The notes below the pieces were generated by a model. The model saw nothing but the letters and a program-made list of their open reading frames with translations. It was not told where the DNA came from and searched no databases. This document shows positions 18,929 through 27,044 of a stretch of DNA of 64,000 bases, in pieces. Each line of letters opens with the position of its first letter. Position 1 is the stretch's first letter. Source of the stretch: a virus (lineage: Duplodnaviria; Caudoviricetes); IMG/VR virus record IMGVR_UViG_3300035696_003004, positions 8,988 to 72,987 of that record. One strand, 5' to 3'. Made by a program: the position numbers and the translations under genes.

Positions 18929-19196
18929 ACAATCATCCCGCTTTAAACGGGACTTTAAGCGCGAAGCGCGCGGCCCTCATCGCCGGTTTCTCCAAGAAAA
19001 TTGGGCCAAGATCCTGAAAATGTTGGCGGAAGACGAAGCGTTACCGCCGCCGTACTACGATCATGCGCTCTCGGGGGATTGGGCGGATTTTCGGGATTGC
19101 CACATTCGCCCCGACCTGGTTTTGATCTACAGCAAACCGGCTGATGGTACATTGCAGCTAGCGCGAATGGGCTCGCATGCGGAGCTGGGCCTGTAA
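18915..19196 (+). CDS. yafQ: YafQ-family mRNA interferase toxin
   Basis: FKRDFKR...DHALSGDW..FRDCHIRPDLVLIY...RMGSHAEL; overlaps the antitoxin. Confidence 0.93.
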   Translation: MRTIKQSSRFKRDFKREARGPHRRFLQENWAKILKMLAEDEALPPPYYDHALSGDWADFRDCHIRPDLVLIYSKPADGTLQLARMGSHAELGL

Positions 19197-19204
19197 GGCG
19201 CGAA

Positions 19205-19221
19205 AAGTCCATAATCTGGAC
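19205..19221. repeat. 17-bp direct repeat (right flank of TA module)
   Basis: AAGTCCATAATCTGGAC. Confidence 0.8.
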
Positions 19222-19887
19222 AGCCGCTTAGATCCGCGGCCCCCGAAAACCGGCCCAAAACCGTGCAGCGAAAACCGTACAGCAAAAAATCCCCCCCGAA
19301 AACCGTTCAGCGATTGGCAATCAATCCATACCACAAAGGGAAGCAAGGCACAGACAACATACGCCATGGCAAGCAAGCCGACCACGCCGGCCCGCGCGCG
19401 GCATCCTACAACGCTACACGGCAGCGCTCTGCAATCCGAAACCATTAAAGTGTGTACACGTTCACAGGTAAACCAACTTTGAAAACAAAGGAGAAAAGAC
19501 GTTTCGTCGTTCCATCAAAAAAAATGGTCACCTATCAAAGTGAGCGCAATCCAGGGCAGAGGGGGGCTCCTGCGCGTAAGAGACCCTAGGCGCGGCCGGC
19601 GCTGCGGCGGGCAGGGAAGGGGGCAAGCGTGCAGCGGTAACGCGTCCTAAGGGCAGAGAAGTCTTCAGTTAAGGCATGATTGGGGGCATGATTGGGGGCA
19701 TTGTTAGCGTTACTGGTTGCAAGTGCAACAAAATAAAGGGAACGCGCATGCTGATTCGGCAGGAAGACGGCGGGCGCTGAGCGAGTGGCGCGCCGTGTAG
19801 GCCGTCTAGCGTGTCTGGTTGGCGCGTTATCGGACGTTGGGCAGTTGTCCGGCCCCTGGGGGGGGCACGTAGTCGACGACGCCTCAG

Positions 19888-19980
19888 GCGCAATTGATTT
19901 TGGCTGGGGTTTTGGGTCTAAGGCGCAGAATAAGCGCAATTGATTTTGGCTGAGATTTGAGGATTGAGGCGCAATTTTGG
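19888..19980. repeat. Iteron-like direct repeats GCGCAATTGATTTTGGCTG x2 plus a partial third
   Basis: 19888-19906 and 19934-19952 are identical; GCGCAATTTTGG at 19969-19980. Confidence 0.6.
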
Positions 19981-20179
19981 CGCAGGTGTTAATGGATTAA
20001 AAACTGGATAGGTTTTTGGTGATAGAGCGCAAAAAGAGCGCAGTTGGCATGGATTGTAAAAAGGGGGGTGATGTTGTAGGGAGTAAGCGCGGTGGGGGGT
20101 ACGGTTTGGGGGAGGGCTGCGCGGGCTGGCGTGAGTTCAGGGCATGCCGTTTGGGGGAACGTCATCTAGGCGTTTAGAT

Positions 20180-20385
20180 GACAGCCCGCGCGAGATTGCA
20201 GAAGGCCCATATTACGGCGTCGTCTTTCCGCTGTGCGCCTTCACTGCGCATCGGATTCCCTGGCACCAGGTATAGCGTACTCGACTGGTAAGCAACGGGC
20301 GTCTGTCGCGACCACGAGAGTGCTTCTGCAATGTGCTGACGCGTATAGGCTACCGGGTTAAAGTAGTCTATGGGGCACAGCACGA
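20180..20385 (+). ncRNA. Candidate structured non-coding RNA
   Basis: ATTGCAGAAG(20195)/CTTCTGCAAT(20323) 10-bp stem, plus nested GTGCTG/CAGCAC and ATAGGCTAC/GTAGTCTAT stems; no convincing ORF. Confidence 0.35.
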
Positions 20386-20639
20386 ATTGATTATAGCGCG
20401 GTTTTGGGCAGGAAAAAGCCAGCCCGGGGCGAAGTGGGCTGGCTCATTAGGTGGTGAAGCAAGCAGATTTAAGTGTAGCAAGGGCGGTGTCTCTCAACCA
20501 AGAAAGTATGACCCAATGACCCCAAGAGGTCGGCCGCCCTTGCATGAAGATCATTATAGTCGAGAATGATTGTTTATAACCAAAAATATTAATTTTCTGC
20601 TGTGAGGTAGCTTGTTGTTCATTATGATACGGTTTATCT

Positions 20640-20654
20640 GTCCAGATTCTGGAC
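20640..20654. promoter_or_regulatory. 15-bp palindrome, copy 4, between a putative -10 and the SD of the 20665 ORF
   Basis: GTCCAGATTCTGGAC directly followed by TGGAGG SD. Confidence 0.6.
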
Positions 20655-20664
20655 TGGAGGACGT

Positions 20665-21111
20665 GTGGGCAAAAAGTTATGTACAGCGAGTAGAAAGCAG
20701 GTTCCGGCGATTGTTGCGGAGGTGCTGGCGGCTTTAAGTTTGTCTGATGAAAAGGAGATTGTGTCGGAGATCCAGCGTCTGCAAGAGTGTGCGCTCGAAC
20801 TGATCGAATTGAAGCGATCCTTTTTTCGTATTGCGCAGATGTTCCTCGTGGAACATAAAGGGCTTCACCCTTTGAAGCTTACGGCTGAAGAAAGCTACCA
20901 GATAAATCGGATCATTACGGATGCGGATATGATGGTTGAGGAACTACAGTTTGAAAATTACCGGTTGCGGAAGGAACTAAAAAATCTTATTGGCAAGGCG
21001 CAAAATAAGAGGCAAAATGTCAAGAAGCAGGTGCATCATGGCAACAAAAGCGGAAAAAGAAAAACAAGCACTTCACAAAGAGTGCAGGGCCCGACGAAGC
21101 GAATGGATTGA
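20665..21111 (+). CDS. Hypothetical coiled-coil protein
   Basis: GGAGG SD and GTG start; 148 aa. Confidence 0.65.
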   Translation: MGKKLCTASRKQVPAIVAEVLAALSLSDEKEIVSEIQRLQECALELIELKRSFFRIAQMFLVEHKGLHPLKLTAEESYQINRIITDADMMVEELQFENYRLRKELKNLIGKAQNKRQNVKKQVHHGNKSGKRKTSTSQRVQGPTKRMD

Positions 21112-21280
21112 ATTTCGGAGAAAGTATTTGTTTACGCAGAAGCGGCTGGCGGAAGTTTTAGGGATCAGCCGGCGAACGGTACAGATGATCGAAGGTGAGC
21201 GGGTTGAAAGGCCGCATCCGGACACGCTGCGGGCATTCCTTACGCTCAAGATCAAGCACGAGCGCGGCGAAACGATGTAG
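21038..21280 (+). CDS. XRE-family HTH protein
   Basis: TQKRLAEVLGISRRTVQMIEGE; its TAG stop is part of the first array repeat. Confidence 0.85.
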   Translation: MATKAEKEKQALHKECRARRSEWIEFRRKYLFTQKRLAEVLGISRRTVQMIEGERVERPHPDTLRAFLTLKIKHERGETM

Positions 21281-21941
21281 CGCTTGGCAGTGCATCGGAC
21301 AGATGCAACCGCTGCGTCGAAGGTCCGAGTATGCAACAACCAAATGGCAATGGTTTTGTAGTGCATTGAGCTAATGCAACTCCGATGTATTGGAACTTAC
21401 AAACGACAACGTGGAGTAGCAACAAATTTGCAGTGCATTGAAAAATGCAACGGTATTTTCCACGACGAAAGCTTTGTAGTGCATCGAATGGATGCAACAG
21501 ATAGGGGATATCCGCGTATACTTTTCCCGACACGTATCAAGTAATTTGTAGTGTATCGGATGAATGCAACCTAATACTGTATCTACTCCGGCTCAAGCTA
21601 AGGCGCGTATCAAGTAATTTGTAGTGCATCGGATGGATGCAACGTCAAACGTACAATTGTCAAAACGTTAATTTGATCGGCACAACAAAGTCGCAGTGCA
21701 TTGAATAGATGCAACCCCCACATCGCTGCGTTTGTAGGATTGGAAATACGTGGCAACAAACAAGCTGTGCATCGGGCAGATGTAACACCGGCCAATCCGC
21801 AAGCAGTGTGCTGCAAAGCACAACGACATGGCCTCTACGCTAGTGAGTTCACTGAATAAGTGAAACAACTCAAGGTGAATGCAGAGCGTTGGACAAACGC
21901 AACGGCTTCGAGAAATCGGGAGTGCATCAAACAAATGCAAC
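21277..21941 (+). CRISPR. Degenerate CRISPR-like array: 8 divergent ~37-nt repeats (mostly 34-36-nt spacers, one shortened unit), then 4 tandem ~38-nt hairpin units
   Basis: Repeats end at 21309, 21380, 21451, 21498, 21570, 21643, 21715 and 21786 (GTAGTGCATCGNNNGATGCAAC core). Later hairpin-AAC units end at 21824, 21866, 21903 and 21941. Same family as the reverse complement of the 53894 array. Confidence 0.8.
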
Positions 21942-22042
21942 AATTGCACTGGATGCATAAATAGGGCATTACACAAATTCATTTTTGTGCTAGTGATATA
22001 GTAAGTGTGCAAAAATGCACCAACTTAGAAAGGCGGTTTTCT

Positions 22043-22456
22043 ATGCCTGAAGACGAAGGCTATACGGAAGGTTTAACGGGAGAAGAGATCATTTTGGACG
22101 TTCTCGATCAACTAGACAAGAAACTTCACACTGATTGCAATTTGCGTGAAACGGATGCCTATCCCGGCGGCTACGATGGTTGGATTGAATACTTTTTACG
22201 CCCACGCGGCTTGGATACGGTCGAAGTTCGATCAAAAATTATTGTCGGCTCACCCGCGCTTTCCGGCCAAGTGAAAAAGGTTGTGGAAGGTCGTATTGAC
22301 ATTCCACTTGAAACAAGTCTAAATGTCGTTCGTGAACGGAGTAGCCAAGGCGTTCCTACGTTATCTAAAGATGAAAACGGTCAGCCCATTGTCGTAAAGC
22401 GCCAATATCGACGTCGTAACGTAGAAACAACCGCAGTACCAGAAGAAACAAAATAG
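22043..22456 (+). CDS. Hypothetical protein (start of late operon)
   Basis: AAGG SD; TGATATAGT extended -10 near 21993. Confidence 0.65.
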   Translation: MPEDEGYTEGLTGEEIILDVLDQLDKKLHTDCNLRETDAYPGGYDGWIEYFLRPRGLDTVEVRSKIIVGSPALSGQVKKVVEGRIDIPLETSLNVVRERSSQGVPTLSKDENGQPIVVKRQYRRRNVETTAVPEETK

Positions 22457-22459
22457 TCT

Positions 22460-22831
22460 TTGAGCGTATACGGAGAAATGCTTATGCTCTTAGAACAGGA
22501 TGAACGATTCGTACACGCCCTCGAACAAATCGCGGCAGCGCTAAAGGGTATCGATGAAACCAGGAAACAAGAATTCGAACGGCGGTTCCCGGTCCGGAAA
22601 GAATTCCGGGAAGCCATTGTTACACGTGTCCCTTCCGAAGAAGACCGAATCCGCGAAGAGCACGGCGCCAGCACAGGATCGCTTGAAGAATGGCTTGGCG
22701 AACTTGGGGGGGAGGAATTCATTGGAACGCGAGAGCGCGAGTTCCTTGAACGCAATGCCAGTTCCCCAAAAATTGAAAATCCAGACGAAGCGAACGACGG
22801 GGGCTCTAAAGCGTCTGAAGGTACAGCCTGA
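22460..22831 (+). CDS. Hypothetical protein
   Basis: 123-aa acidic ORF; start uncertain. Confidence 0.5.
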   Translation: MSVYGEMLMLLEQDERFVHALEQIAAALKGIDETRKQEFERRFPVRKEFREAIVTRVPSEEDRIREEHGASTGSLEEWLGELGGEEFIGTREREFLERNASSPKIENPDEANDGGSKASEGTA

Positions 22832-23393
22832 AGACGTTGCCAAAGCTCCACAAATAACTCCCCTGTTAAGACAAGCCGAAGGTGGTCTCGATGCCGTCCT
22901 AAGCGCTATGCGCTTTGCCCCCCAAAACGAGGCAATCAACGCTTTTCTCAAAAAATATGATTCCATCCCGCCTAGCGATCGTGAACGATTGCCTTGGGAA
23001 GCAATCGCTCTATCCGCCGCAATTGATATCAATCAGCTCCTCGGTTCCATTATGTTTGCGATCCAGTCCCAAACCGCCAATACCGTAAAACTGATCGCAA
23101 TGACTTCTCAGCCATTAGTAACTCGTGCCCGAGTTCGCTATGCTCAGTTGCCTAGTGGCGACCGTGATCGCACGGCACTCGATACAGCCTATGGCTTCCT
23201 GCCATCTCCTAAAGGTCCAACTTTTATCGGTAAAGCCGTCTTCGGCGCACAATCCGCCAAAAACGATAACGACGATGCAATTGATGCACAAGAAACCTTC
23301 GGCGAAGATGACGACCTGGACGATCTTTTCCCCTCCTGCGCGGCTATGCAGGAAAGACTATTGCCCATTCGGCAACGGCAGCTTCCGTCATGA
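22755..23393 (+). CDS. Possible terminase small subunit
   Basis: Position upstream of TerL, helical body, acidic C-terminus. Start uncertain (track gives 22554). Confidence 0.4.
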   Translation: MPVPQKLKIQTKRTTGALKRLKVQPEDVAKAPQITPLLRQAEGGLDAVLSAMRFAPQNEAINAFLKKYDSIPPSDRERLPWEAIALSAAIDINQLLGSIMFAIQSQTANTVKLIAMTSQPLVTRARVRYAQLPSGDRDRTALDTAYGFLPSPKGPTFIGKAVFGAQSAKNDNDDAIDAQETFGEDDDLDDLFPSCAAMQERLLPIRQRQLPS

Positions 23394-23812
23394 AAATTGT
23401 TTTTCTGGACTTTGATGGACCAATTATCCCGCAAATGTCCCACGATGATAATCATCCTATGGATGCATGGCCTTCCTGCATTGCCGCTTTAAACCGAATT
23501 ACTGATACAACAGATGCCAAAATCGTTGTTAGCAGTACTTGGCGGGCAGGCGGATTGTCCGAAATGCGTAATTTGCTATCCAAATGGGGCGCAAACGCCG
23601 AAGTGATTGGTCTTACCCCCGTTCTCTTAAACGAAACTCGCGGTAAAGAAATTGCCGAATACTTGAAAGCGCATCCAGAAACCGAATCCTTTGTTATTCT
23701 GGATGATGACGATGACATGGATGAATCGCTGCCGTTTTTGGTTATAACTCCGTTTGCAACCGGCTTAACAGAAAAACATGCTGACCGGGCGATTAAGATA
23801 TTGAACGGCTAA
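23390..23812 (+). CDS. HAD-superfamily (Swiss Army Knife RNA-repair-like) protein
   Basis: VFLDFDGPI, IVVSSTWR, RGKEI, FVILDDDDDM. Confidence 0.88.
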   Translation: MKIVFLDFDGPIIPQMSHDDNHPMDAWPSCIAALNRITDTTDAKIVVSSTWRAGGLSEMRNLLSKWGANAEVIGLTPVLLNETRGKEIAEYLKAHPETESFVILDDDDDMDESLPFLVITPFATGLTEKHADRAIKILNG

Positions 23813-24041
23813 TTATCAATCATGAAGGTGCAAAATGGTTCTACTTGATATGCGTTCCTTTTGGGATGGATTTGCTTGCGGAAGTCTTGCAATTATATTC
23901 ATTTGCATGGGCTTGATGTTTCTTGTGCAACACTTCAATAGCAAATAGATAAAATACCGCGATCGCAAAACTACTTCAAAGTAGCTTTTGAAAGAACTAC
24001 TTGACACCACGCACAATTCGGCTTAAATGTAAAAGCAATCG

Positions 24042-24120
24042 TTGAGCGACATGCCCCTCGCCTTTGGCGGGAACAAGCAATGGCTCAAGACCAGCAATGG
24101 CCTTGGGCCATTGTTGTTTT
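24042..24120 (+). promoter_or_regulatory. Conserved structured late leader/attenuator, copy A
   Basis: TTGAGCgaCATGC-hairpin-GAACAAGC-AATGGCTCAAG...CTTGGGCCATT plus T-rich tail; TTGACA at 24001. Confidence 0.8.
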
Positions 24121-24148
24121 TGCGCCAAATATCCCCAAGGAGGAAATT

Positions 24149-24262
24149 ATGGCATCTCGCAAACGTATCAGTTCGGCTAAATGTGCACAGGTCCGCAAGG
24201 GCACCGACCGCATTAAAAAGCTCGGCAAACGCGCCAGCAAAACCATTGCCGTAAAAGGTTAG
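24149..24262 (+). CDS. 37-aa Lys/Arg-rich microprotein
   Basis: AAGGAGG SD; MASRKRISSAKCAQVRKGTDRIKKLGKRASKTIAVKG. Confidence 0.7.
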   Translation: MASRKRISSAKCAQVRKGTDRIKKLGKRASKTIAVKG

Positions 24263-24285
24263 CGGCATAAGCCCCGGAGACCGAA

Positions 24286-24411
24286 ATGAAATCGACCAAG
24301 CGTGTAGGCAAAGTAAACCTTGTGCAACTTAAAAAAATGCGTCCACCTGTTCATGACGTTAGCAAGCGAATGGATAAAGCACCAGGCAAAACAGCTCGGG
24401 GAAAACTTTAA
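24286..24411 (+). CDS. 41-aa Lys/Arg-rich microprotein (not in ORF track)
   Basis: GGAG SD; MKSTKRVGKVNLVQLKKMRPPVHDVSKRMDKAPGKTARGKL. Confidence 0.6.
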   Translation: MKSTKRVGKVNLVQLKKMRPPVHDVSKRMDKAPGKTARGKL

Positions 24412-24439
24412 CTTACACGCTCCGGTATTCCGGAGCTAA

Positions 24440-26587
24440 ATGTATTCAGAACGCGTTATCTTGGCCAATTTGGACGAGTTTGCAGCTCGTGAAGGATGGA
24501 TGCCAGTCTATCATTCGCTCGATCAAGTAGAGGAATTTAAGAAGTATATCGACTCTATTGTAAAAGTTGAAAGCAATTCTCGATCTTCCTATGTAACTCT
24601 TATTCGTACCATCACCGAAAAACGGCGCAAGGAGATCTGGCATTGGATCGAAAACGAACAGGCATTGTGCGGACTCGATTCGAACTATTTCGAATCTCGC
24701 TACGCCTATGTGTGCGATGAAAAAGGGCAGATATTTAAATTTAAAAATCGGCTTTCCCAACAAATTTTCGATTCCGTAATTGCCGACTTCGATGAACGGC
24801 AAGTATCAATCGAGTTACTAATAATCAAGGCAAGACAAGTCGGAGTAACCACAAAAACAGCACTAAAGTTTATTCAAAAATTACTTTTTATTCCACATAC
24901 GCAAGCCGTAATGGCTTCTGTCCAATCGGATAAATCCGAGTTGATTGGTCGCATTTTGAATACCGTCTATAACCATTGTCCTTGGTGGCTGGTACCACGT
25001 TCGCTGCCCAAAGGTGCTTATGATAATGGCTCAATTCTTTCAATTCAGTCAGGTATGCAAGCGACCGGAATCGCTCAAGGATGGACTCCAACAGCCATAC
25101 ACGTCTCGGAGCTGGCTGATATACCGAAACCGAAAAAAGTGATCGAAGAGGGTTTACTTAGGGCCACTCACTCTTCCCGCAACTTGTTTTTGGTTTTTGA
25201 AGGAACTGGCGGCGGTAATACTGGCTGGCTGGCAGATACTTGGCGTGCATCCAAAGAAGATTGGCCTAAAGGCCGCGCACGGCTTTGCCCGATTTTTATT
25301 CCTTGGGTAATGGTACCAGATCTGTATCCGGAACCAGATTGGATTCGTAAATTCCCCGTTCCAGGCGGTTGGCATCCAAATGAAGCTACGCATAAGCATA
25401 TAACGCGCTGCGAACTTTATGTTCGTAATACTCCATATTTAACCAAAGTTGTTGGCAAAGATTGGAGAATGCCAGTCGAACAAAAGTGGTTTTGGGAATT
25501 TAACTACATGCAAGCATGCAAGAACCATACTCAAAAAATTTGGCTCGCGCAGATGGCTGCCGATGATCATGAAGCATTAACCGGTGTTTACGATAGTGTA
25601 TTTGAACCAGAAACAATCGACGAGATCGAAAAGTTTAATTACGTAATTCATACGGATGGAAGAACGCGACGGAAAAAATCGCTTCAGGCATATGCAATCA
25701 CAGGTGATTCGATCGATGATAGCTTTAATCCAGATGAATCGTTAATTGATTACGAAAAAATGCATATTCGTGTCTCGTGGCAATCCGATCGTGGACAAAA
25801 ATTTTTTTGGACGCTTGTTCCTTTAAAACCAATAGACGAAGAAGATGAAAACGACACGCTCGACAAACTTTTGGTATACGAAGAACCTCAATCGGGCTGC
25901 GACTATAGCTGCGGAATCGATACGGCCGATGGCCTAGGAAAAGAAGACGAAGACCGTACTTGCGTTTCAATGACGCGAAATCGGTTTGGTGATGAGTGCG
26001 ATTATCAGGTCTGCGAACTAACTTCAAATAGGATAAATTCTGCACAAATTGTAGGCTTTGCCGCATGCATGGCGGCTTGGTATGGCGAACATACAAAAAA
26101 TCCGCTTGGCGTCAAATTCTGTGTCGAACAGATCAGTCGGCCGGGGGATACCTGCCAGCATCAGCTAAAGTTAATGGGCTTTCATTATCATCACAAGCCG
26201 CGGCGCTACGACAGTAAGAAAATCAAAGATGATTCCGGGAAAAAGGAAGGTTGGTTTTCCAACGTATGGAGCGTACCTATCTTGATGACGCGTTTTACCG
26301 AAGCCGTGAATGGCGGTTGGTACCGGCCAGCGTCAAAATGGCTAATCGAGGAATTAAAAACACTAGAACGCCATGAAGCTGCAGGCCGGGCTTCGAAAAT
26401 GATCCATCGTAGTGGCTATCACGATGATCGTGTACGTGCCGCTGCGCAGTCTTACTTCACCATTCACGATATGGATGTGTTAGCAGATCGGGCGCAACGG
26501 CGTTATTCGCCCCCGACAGATAGCAATCCACCGCTTAGTCGATCAAAATGCTCGGTCAACAACGTATGTGTAGGAGGATGGGATTGA
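24440..26587 (+). CDS. terL: Terminase large subunit
   Basis: Walker A IIKARQVGVTT, Walker B-like HVSE, motif EGTG, nuclease GIDTADG and HDDRV; lies upstream of the portal. Confidence 0.9.
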   Translation: MYSERVILANLDEFAAREGWMPVYHSLDQVEEFKKYIDSIVKVESNSRSSYVTLIRTITEKRRKEIWHWIENEQALCGLDSNYFESRYAYVCDEKGQIFKFKNRLSQQIFDSVIADFDERQVSIELLIIKARQVGVTTKTALKFIQKLLFIPHTQAVMASVQSDKSELIGRILNTVYNHCPWWLVPRSLPKGAYDNGSILSIQSGMQATGIAQGWTPTAIHVSELADIPKPKKVIEEGLLRATHSSRNLFLVFEGTGGGNTGWLADTWRASKEDWPKGRARLCPIFIPWVMVPDLYPEPDWIRKFPVPGGWHPNEATHKHITRCELYVRNTPYLTKVVGKDWRMPVEQKWFWEFNYMQACKNHTQKIWLAQMAADDHEALTGVYDSVFEPETIDEIEKFNYVIHTDGRTRRKKSLQAYAITGDSIDDSFNPDESLIDYEKMHIRVSWQSDRGQKFFWTLVPLKPIDEEDENDTLDKLLVYEEPQSGCDYSCGIDTADGLGKEDEDRTCVSMTRNRFGDECDYQVCELTSNRINSAQIVGFAACMAAWYGEHTKNPLGVKFCVEQISRPGDTCQHQLKLMGFHYHHKPRRYDSKKIKDDSGKKEGWFSNVWSVPILMTRFTEAVNGGWYRPASKWLIEELKTLERHEAAGRASKMIHRSGYHDDRVRAAAQSYFTIHDMDVLADRAQRRYSPPTDSNPPLSRSKCSVNNVCVGGWD

Positions 26588-26594
26588 TTTAGCC

Positions 26595-26975
26595 ATGCTA
26601 AGCAGAAAAATTGTATTTTGGTTTAATCCGACAACAAAGGAATGGCGTATGGGATTACCGGAAATATATCCGGCACCCTATGGTTATGAAAAGGTTGTCT
26701 GTAATACGGCGCACGAGGCCGAATTGTGTTCGGAAAAAATGCGTTGGTGGGAATCAATGAACGGCGAAATTGAAAATCAAAGGCGCGAAATGGTTGAAGG
26801 TCCGATCAGGGATGCATTGCGTAAAGAAATTCTGTGGCTGGCGTCGAACGCTCGCAATGAAATCAACCGGGAGTTTCTGCTACGGCATTTAGCACTATAT
26901 GACAAGCGGGAAGATCGCACTAAAGAAAAACGTGTTAGCTATTTACACAGTGAAGCTTACGAAAAGGGTCGATAA
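26595..26975 (+). CDS. Hypothetical protein between TerL and portal
   Basis: 126-aa ORF after GGAGG. Confidence 0.65.
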   Translation: MLSRKIVFWFNPTTKEWRMGLPEIYPAPYGYEKVVCNTAHEAELCSEKMRWWESMNGEIENQRREMVEGPIRDALRKEILWLASNARNEINREFLLRHLALYDKREDRTKEKRVSYLHSEAYEKGR

Positions 26976-27044
26976 TTAACTTAATGTAGACGCGAAACTA
27001 AAATTTTATTACTATGACTTTACCGAGGAGGAAAGTGGTTATGA

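Noticed and set aside
20291-20298. AGCAACGG match to the CRISPR repeat as a tracrRNA anti-repeat
   Set aside because: Only 8 nt, which is expected by chance, and on the plus strand it has the same sense as the repeat.
21787-21941. TIGR-type array (36-nt dual-spacer units)
   Set aside because: The period is similar, but I saw no box C/D-like edge and loop repeats and no Nop-domain Tas gene; the units derive clearly from the CRISPR repeat.
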